DNA of 61,663 bases, the filler included. It is 9 parts of 9 records of this genome, joined end to end, with 100 filler letters (N's around TTAATTAATTAA, not from the genome) between each part and the next. Parts side by side here need not be neighbours in the genome. Positions count along the whole stretch, not along the records: positions 56,022 to 61,663 come from SRR31147125_121201; 8 more parts are not named here. One strand, given 5' to 3'. Every line of letters begins with the position of its first letter. The first letter of the stretch is position 1. Below the pieces are notes generated by a model. That model was not told where the DNA came from. It ran no database searches and saw nothing but the letters and a program-made list of their open reading frames with translations. Positions 55,922 to 61,663 of the stretch are shown here, in pieces. A program made the position numbers and the translations under genes.

Positions 55922-56072
55922 NNNNNNNNNNNNNNNNNNNNNNNNNNNNNNNNNNNNNNNNNNNNTTAATTAATTAANNNNNNNNNNNNNNNNNNNNNNN
56001 NNNNNNNNNNNNNNNNNNNNNTTTTTCTTAGAACTGTTACCAACATTATTGAACGACTTACAGGAGGTTTGT

Positions 56073-56381
56073 ATGGCTACGGAAGCTTTTGCAATGGCAG
56101 GAAACGCTGCAGCACAGGGACAGCAGGGTGGATATCAGGGAATTATTATGCTGGTGGCGATGTTTGCCATCTTCTACTTTCTGCTGATCCGTCCCCAGCA
56201 GAAGCGTGCCAAGCAGCACAAAGAACTGGTCAGCGCTTTGAAGCCGGGTGATACGGTTGTCACGGCTGGCGGGATTCATGGAAAAATTGCCGCTGTTGAA
56301 GAGACAACAATCACAATCGAAGTTGCTACGGGTGTGAAGATGAAGATGAACCGTTCTTCGATTACGGAAGTTAAACAGTAA
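56073..56381 (+). CDS. yajC: Preprotein translocase subunit YajC
   Basis: IFYFLLIRPQQKR..LKPGDTVVTAGGIHG. Confidence 0.95.
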   Translation: MATEAFAMAGNAAAQGQQGGYQGIIMLVAMFAIFYFLLIRPQQKRAKQHKELVSALKPGDTVVTAGGIHGKIAAVEETTITIEVATGVKMKMNRSSITEVKQ

Positions 56382-56439
56382 TCTATTCTGAGCTTTTTTT
56401 GCTCTTCGTGTTTCACGCTTAAAGGGAGATAGTAAACAG

Positions 56440-58038
56440 ATGTCCAACAGTCTTAAATTTAGAGGGCTTCTCGTCATTCTCTGCTTGGTCCTGTCCGTTC
56501 TGGCGATTGCACCGACCTTGTCAAAGGGTAATCTGCCACAGTGGTGGCTTGATACCTTCAGCCCGATTCAGCTTGGGCTTGACTTGCAGGGGGGAATGCA
56601 CCTGGTGCTGGGTGTCGATGTGGATAAAGCGGTTGAGAGCCGCGTTGACACAGTGATCGATCAGACAGAAACCCAGTTACGGGAGAAAGATATCATTTTC
56701 AAGCGGATTGAACGTCGCCAGGGCGATCGCCTTGTGGTTCTCGTCTACGACGAGGAAGAGGGCGGCAAGGTTGATGCGTTTATGGCTGAGGATTACCCGT
56801 CCCTTGAAGCGGAAACGTTCTCTGGCGCCGGTGGTTATATCGAAAAGCACTACCGCCTGAGTGACAATGAGATTGAAAATATCAAGGACTATGCTGTTCG
56901 GCAGGCCCTTGAAACGATGCGTAACCGGGTCGATCAGTTCGGTGTCAGTGAGCCGACACTGCAGCGGCAGAGCGGAAACCGTATCCTGATTCAGCTCCCT
57001 GGGGTTGAAGATCCTGACCGCGCAATTTCGCTGCTCGGTAAGACGGCTCGACTCGAATTCAAAATGGTTGATGAGGCGGCCAACGTTCAAGATGCCGTCG
57101 CCGGAAAAATGGAAGAGGGCCGACAGCTTCTGTATGAGCGGAACGTCAATCGTGAGACCGGCGCTGAATCAGAGACTCCACTGGTCGTCGTTGACAAGAC
57201 CGTGTTGACGGGCGATCTGCTCTCTGACGCCAATGTCCGCATTGATACCCGTTTCAACGAGCCTTATGTCGCCATTGACTTCAACTCTGTTGGAGCCAAG
57301 CGTTTCGACCAGATCACCGCTGCGAATGTTGGCAAGCGGATGGCCATCGTTCTCGATGGTACGGTCTATTCCGCCCCGGTTATCCGCGAGCGGATTGCAG
57401 GCGGCAGCGCCCAGATTTCCGGATCGTTCACCTCTCAGGAAGCAACCGACCTGGCGATCGTTTTGCGGGCTGGATCTTTACCTGCTCCGGTTAAAATTCT
57501 TGAAAACCGGACGGTTGGCCCCTCTTTAGGGCAAGATTCGATCGACAAGGGGATCAAATCGATCTGGGTCGGCGCTGTTCTGGTTGTCCTTGCGATGATT
57601 ATCTACTATCAGCTTTCAGGGATCGTGGCCGTCGTGGCTTTGACTCTGAACCTGCTGTTTATTTCGGCGATGTTGTCGATGTTTGGCGCGACTCTGACGT
57701 TACCAGGCCTGGCAGGTATCGTCCTGACTGTTGGTATGGCTGTTGACGCGAACGTGTTGATCTTTGAACGGATCCGTGAAGAACTTCGTCTCGGACGAGC
57801 GCCGAAGCTGGCTCTTGACTCCGGCTACAGCAAAGCATTTCTGACGATCATTGATGCCAACCTGACGACGCTGCTCGCAGCCCTGGTTCTGTTCCAGTTC
57901 GGGACCGGACCTGTTCGTGGTTTTGCGGTGACCCTGTCGATCGGTATCGTTGCGTCGCTGTTCACCGCGATCTTCGTATCACGCGTTATCTTTGATCTTT
58001 TCCTGAGAGGCCGCGAAGTCAAGCGGCTGAGCATTTAA
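56440..58038 (+). CDS. secD: Protein translocase subunit SecD
   Basis: LGLDLQGG, RVDQFGVSEP, TVGPSLG and GMAVDANVLIFERIREE. Confidence 0.97.
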   Translation: MSNSLKFRGLLVILCLVLSVLAIAPTLSKGNLPQWWLDTFSPIQLGLDLQGGMHLVLGVDVDKAVESRVDTVIDQTETQLREKDIIFKRIERRQGDRLVVLVYDEEEGGKVDAFMAEDYPSLEAETFSGAGGYIEKHYRLSDNEIENIKDYAVRQALETMRNRVDQFGVSEPTLQRQSGNRILIQLPGVEDPDRAISLLGKTARLEFKMVDEAANVQDAVAGKMEEGRQLLYERNVNRETGAESETPLVVVDKTVLTGDLLSDANVRIDTRFNEPYVAIDFNSVGAKRFDQITAANVGKRMAIVLDGTVYSAPVIRERIAGGSAQISGSFTSQEATDLAIVLRAGSLPAPVKILENRTVGPSLGQDSIDKGIKSIWVGAVLVVLAMIIYYQLSGIVAVVALTLNLLFISAMLSMFGATLTLPGLAGIVLTVGMAVDANVLIFERIREELRLGRAPKLALDSGYSKAFLTIIDANLTTLLAALVLFQFGTGPVRGFAVTLSIGIVASLFTAIFVSRVIFDLFLRGREVKRLSI

Positions 58039-58052
58039 AGGAGGCTTACGGC

Positions 58053-58949
58053 ATGCAGCTGATCAAGCCGGATGTAAATATTGATTTTGTTGGAAAGCGT
58101 AAGCTTGCTCTTATTGTCTCTGTTGCTCTGATCTTAATCGGGTTGTCATCACTGATTCTGAAAGGTGGCCCGAATTACGGTATTGATTTTGCCGGCGGGA
58201 CGCTGGTTCAGGTTCAATTTGCACAACCGACGGAAGCCTCGGCAATTAAGAAGGCCATGGATGGCCTGGAACTTGGCAATCCTGTTGTCCAACGCTTTGG
58301 TGATAACCAGAACGAGTTTCTTATCCGTGTTGAGAATACTTCTACGGAATTAAAAGGCTTGTCACGCGCGATTCAGGATGTCCTTGAAGCTGCGTATGAG
58401 AAGGGAAATGTTGAGATTCGCCGGGTTGAAATGGTCGGCCCCCAGGTCGGAAAAGATCTGCGCACCAAGGGTTTGAAGGCCATCTTCTACGCCATGCTCG
58501 GGATTCTCGTTTATATCTCCTGGCGTTTTGAATTCCGTTTTGCTGTCGGTGCGATTATTGCTCTGGTTCATGATGTCATGATTACTCTCGGAGCCTTCAG
58601 CCTGTTCGGGAAAGAGATTGATCTTCCGATTATTGCGGCCTTCCTGGCTATCATTGGTTATTCATTGAATGATACAATTATCGTCTATGACAGGATCAGA
58701 GAGAATCTCGGCAAGTACAACAAGGAGAGTTTCCCCTATATTGTCAACCGCAGTATCAATGAAACCTTGTCGAGGACGCTCCTGACGTCCGGAACAACGC
58801 TGCTGGTTGTCCTTGCGCTCTTTATCCTGGGCGGTGGGGTTATCCATAATTTTGCTTTTGCCATGCTGGTCGGTGTTTTGATCGGTACCTATTCATCGAT
58901 CTTTGTTGCCAGCCCGGTCCTGATCCTCTGGCAGCAGCGAAAGAAGTAA
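58053..58949 (+). CDS. secF: Protein translocase subunit SecF
   Basis: GIDFAGG, VGPQVG, HDV, GYSLNDTIIVYDRIRE and GTYSSIFVA. Confidence 0.97.
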   Translation: MQLIKPDVNIDFVGKRKLALIVSVALILIGLSSLILKGGPNYGIDFAGGTLVQVQFAQPTEASAIKKAMDGLELGNPVVQRFGDNQNEFLIRVENTSTELKGLSRAIQDVLEAAYEKGNVEIRRVEMVGPQVGKDLRTKGLKAIFYAMLGILVYISWRFEFRFAVGAIIALVHDVMITLGAFSLFGKEIDLPIIAAFLAIIGYSLNDTIIVYDRIRENLGKYNKESFPYIVNRSINETLSRTLLTSGTTLLVVLALFILGGGVIHNFAFAMLVGVLIGTYSSIFVASPVLILWQQRKK

Positions 58950-58983
58950 TCCGGCGCTAAGGCAGGCTGAAGGAAGGTTGCCA

Positions 58984-59567
58984 ATGAAAAAAGAGACGGT
59001 ATTTTTTATTGTTCTCGCGCTGGCAGCGGGCGTTTTGTTCGGAGTTATCTATTCCAACTGGAAAAAGATAATGCAGCTCCTGAACAGTCTGCGCCTCCAG
59101 CGTCGGTGCAGGCTCCAGTTGTCAATTATCAGCAGCAGATCACGATGCTTGAAGGGATTGTTGCTCGGGAGCCCGAAAACCATAATGCCTGGGTGCAATT
59201 GGGGCATAATTTCTTTGATGCCAATGAGCCGATGCGTGCTATTGATGCTTATACCAAAGCACTTGAGCTCAGCCCGGACGATCCGAACGTGCTGACCGAT
59301 CAAGGAGTTATGTTTCGCCGTGTCGGTTGGTTTGATAAAGCTATTGCGAATTTTACAAAAGCGAACCAGTTGGACCCCGGTCATCAGCAGAGTTTGTATA
59401 ATTTGGGTGTTGTCTATCGTTACGATATTAAAGACTTTGGAAAAGCGATAGATGTCTGGAGCAGGCTCATTGCTCTGAACCCGACAGGGCAGGGAGTTGA
59501 TCAGATCAGGGCAGAGGTTGAATTCCTGAAAACCCATCAGACGATGCCAACGACACCAAAACAGTGA
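58984..59567 (+). CDS. Membrane-anchored TPR protein, frameshift near 59062-59066
   Basis: N-terminal TM (MKKETVFFIVLALAAGVLFG) joined to TPRs AWVQLGHNFFD, VLTDQGVMFRR and SLYNLGVVY. Confidence 0.8.
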
Positions 59568-59572
59568 AATGG

Positions 59573-59608
59573 ACAGGCCGGTTCTCAATGAACCGGCCTG
59601 TTGTTTCT
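59573..59608 (+). terminator. Intrinsic terminator hairpin
   Basis: ACAGGCCGGTTC-tcaat-GAACCGGCCTGT followed by TGTTTCT. Confidence 0.7.
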
Positions 59609-59628
59609 ATGCTGAACAAGAGCCATTG

Positions 59629-61349
59629 ATGAAGCCGCCAATCAAAGAAAATGGTTGTTACGACTGGATGTGCCTCAGCTTTCGAGACAGGCTTCAGATC
59701 TGGCTCAGGCGCTTGAACTTCCCCCGCTTGTCGCGCAATTACTTCTCCTCAGAGGGATCTCAACTGCTGATCAGGCTGAATCTTTTCTTTCTGACCGCCT
59801 CTCTTCATTGCCGGACCCAGCCTTATTACCAGACATGGGAAGGGCTAGTGATCGAATTCTGGAGGCTTTGAATCGGAATGAACGTATCGCGATTCATGGT
59901 GATTATGATGTTGATGGCATCACCGGTTGCGCGCTCCTCGTTGAATTTCTCAGGGCACTTGGGGCAGAGGTTGAATACCATATTCCTTTACGGTTGAAAG
60001 ATGGCTATGGCCTGTCCGCGACGGCTATCAAGGAAGCTGCCGAGTCCGGTTGCCGACTCATTATTTCTGTAGACTGTGGGGTCTCTGCAGTTGAAGAGGC
60101 GGCGTTAGCGGCCCAAGTGGGTGTCGACCTGATTATCACCGATCATCACCAGCCACCGGACGTTCTTCCACAGTGCCTTGCTCTGATTAATCCGCACCTT
60201 GAAAAGAACCGCTTCCCCTGGGTCAACCTGGCCGGTGTTGGTGTTGCTTTCTTTCTCCTGGTCGCTGTGCGGAGACTTTTACGGCAGAACGGCTTTTTCA
60301 ACACCCATCCAGAGCCCGATATTCGCCAGTCCCTTGATCTGGTCGCCCTTGGTTCGATTGCTGATATTGTCCCTCTCGGAGGAGTGAACCGTATTCTGGT
60401 TCGCACCGGGCTTGAATTACTTGAGCAGGGTGTCAGACCCGGTATCGAGGCGCTCAAGCGCGTTGCTGCGGTCAAGAAAGTCACCAGCGGATCGGTTGGG
60501 TTCCGCCTCGCTCCACGTTTGAATGCGGCCGGACGATTGGAAGATGCCGCTCTGGGTGTTCAGTTGTTACTTGGTTCTCAAACAGAGGAGACCAGCGCTT
60601 TGGCCGGCATGCTGGACGCGTTTAATCGTGAACGCCAGAAGCTGGAACAGCAGACCCTAGATCAGGCGATCAGTATGCTGGAGTCGGAATCTGATGATTG
60701 CTACACGATTGTTCTGGCGTCAGAGAAGTGGCATTCGGGGGTGATCGGTATTGTCGCAAGCCGGCTGGTTGAACGTTACAGTCGGCCAACAGTTTTAATT
60801 GCGATTGATGAGGATCACGTTGGAAAAGGGTCGGCCCGTTCGATCCCCGGCTTTCATCTGTTCGACGCTTTTTCTGCATGTGAAGCGTACTTTACGGGCT
60901 TTGGTGGGCATGCTATGGCTGCGGGCCTGTCGATTGACCCAGAAAACATCGCTGCTTTCCGCAATCAGTTTGAACAGGAGGCACGAGCTGCGTTGTCGCC
61001 GGACGATCTGATTCCTGTCCGTTCGCATGATGGTGAGATTGTCCTTGAACAGCTTTCCATGGATTTCGTCGAGACACTGGACCGGTTAAACCCTTTCGGT
61101 ATGGGGAATCCACAACCAACATTTGTCAGCCGCAATTGCCGGGTTTATAATTCGCGAATTCTGAGTGAAAAACACCTCAAGTTTGATATTGAGCAGGAGG
61201 GGATCTGTATCGCCTGTATCGCTTTCGGTCAGGCGGAGAGATATGATCTCTTGAACGGCCCGATTGATGTCCTTTATCGACCGGGCATCAACGAATGGCG
61301 TGGCAACAGATCTCTACAACTTCAAATTGTCGATTTCGAGACATCTTGA
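59629..61349 (+). CDS. recJ: ssDNA-specific exonuclease RecJ (start uncertain; probable frameshift near 59645-59652)
   Basis: GDYDVDG, SVDCG, TDHH, ADIVPL..NR, APRLNAAGR, GSARS, GGHAMAAG and PFGMGNPQP. Confidence 0.95.
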
Positions 61350-61356
61350 GTAGACA

Positions 61357-61663
61357 ATGGGATTAACTGACAGACAACGACAGGAACTGGCCGGGCTGAA
61401 CATTGGTCACGTCCGTTTTGATGAGCCTCTGGATCAGCACAACAGCTGGAAAATCGGTGGTCACGCCGATCTGTTCGTCGAGCCTGAAACAACGGAGCAG
61501 GTTGCAGTACTCATGCGTGCTCTGGATGGTTCGGATCTCCCTTGCGTGATCATCGGGCAAGGGACCAATCTCCTGTTCGACGATGCCGGTGTTCGTGGTG
61601 TTGTCGTCAAGATCGGTACGCGAATGGCGGATTTGACGATCAGCGGGAGCTCGATCGTTGCTC
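61357..61663 (+). CDS. murB: UDP-N-acetylenolpyruvoylglucosamine reductase, 3' end outside window
   Basis: Manual translation: DEPLDQHNSWKIGGHADLFVEP..IIGQGTNLLFDDAGVRGVVVKI. Confidence 0.88.
   Translation, partial: MGLTDRQRQELAGLNIGHVRFDEPLDQHNSWKIGGHADLFVEPETTEQVAVLMRALDGSDLPCVIIGQGTNLLFDDAGVRGVVVKIGTRMADLTISGSSIVA

Noticed and set aside
5306..56021. Eight recurring TTAATTAATTAA motifs flanked by N-runs
   Set aside because: Artificial concatenation linkers, not a biological repeat or array. Neighbourhoods across them, including eukaryote next to bacteria, are meaningless and are not evidence of HGT.
4635..59660. More than a dozen split genes (T9SS protein, PBP1A, cti, TolB-like, protease, HAF protein, amine oxidase, PD-(D/E)xK-like, cca, giant surface protein, TPR, recJ) as pseudogenes or programmed frameshifts
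   Set aside because: Breaks are single-base shifts, mostly at homopolymer runs, spread over unrelated organisms and housekeeping genes such as cca, with both halves otherwise intact. Sequencing indels are the simplest explanation; raw reads would confirm.

Overview
This window is not one locus. It is nine unrelated contigs joined by eight 100-nt artificial linkers (N-run + TTAATTAATTAA + N-run) at 5306-5405, 12325-12424, 18242-18341, 27156-27255, 35784-35883, 42913-43012, 49313-49412 and 55922-56021. The mix suggests an anoxic sediment metagenome; taxon labels are my inference from composition and protein style. (1) Bacteroidota: lamin-tail/T9SS surface protein followed by a fasciclin lipoprotein. 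(2) Desulfobacterota: TraB family, MltD-type LysM transglycosylase, PBP1A, lipoprotein. (3) An intron-dense, very compact eukaryote: CEP76, ABC1/ADCK1 kinase, SOSS-B/NABP and a divergent unknown gene. (4) Desulfobacterota: PP2C, type I secretion ABC/HlyD, RsbW/RsbV, PilZ, split-NBD ABC transporter and cNMP proteins. (5) Desulfosarcina-like: cis-trans isomerase, TolB-like protein, YprB nuclease, protease, methyltransferase. (6) Desulfobacter-like: a c-di-GMP-I riboswitch heading three PEP-CTERM-type surface proteins, then a signal-peptide Pcm and a membrane spermidine-synthase-like protein. (7) Clostridia: typA, NUDIX, walR/walK/yycH/yycI-like. (8) FCB/KSB1-like: CCA-adding enzyme and a giant secreted protein under a sigma54 promoter. 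(9) Desulfuromonadales-like: yajC-secD-secF-TPR-recJ-murB. Many bacterial genes carry single-base frameshifts in homopolymer runs, most likely sequencing errors. I saw no CRISPR array, rRNA, tRNA or transposase. The best leads are the riboswitch-controlled exosortase-substrate operon, the eukaryotic gene architecture, the T1SS/partner-switch/second-messenger cluster and the exported Pcm module.
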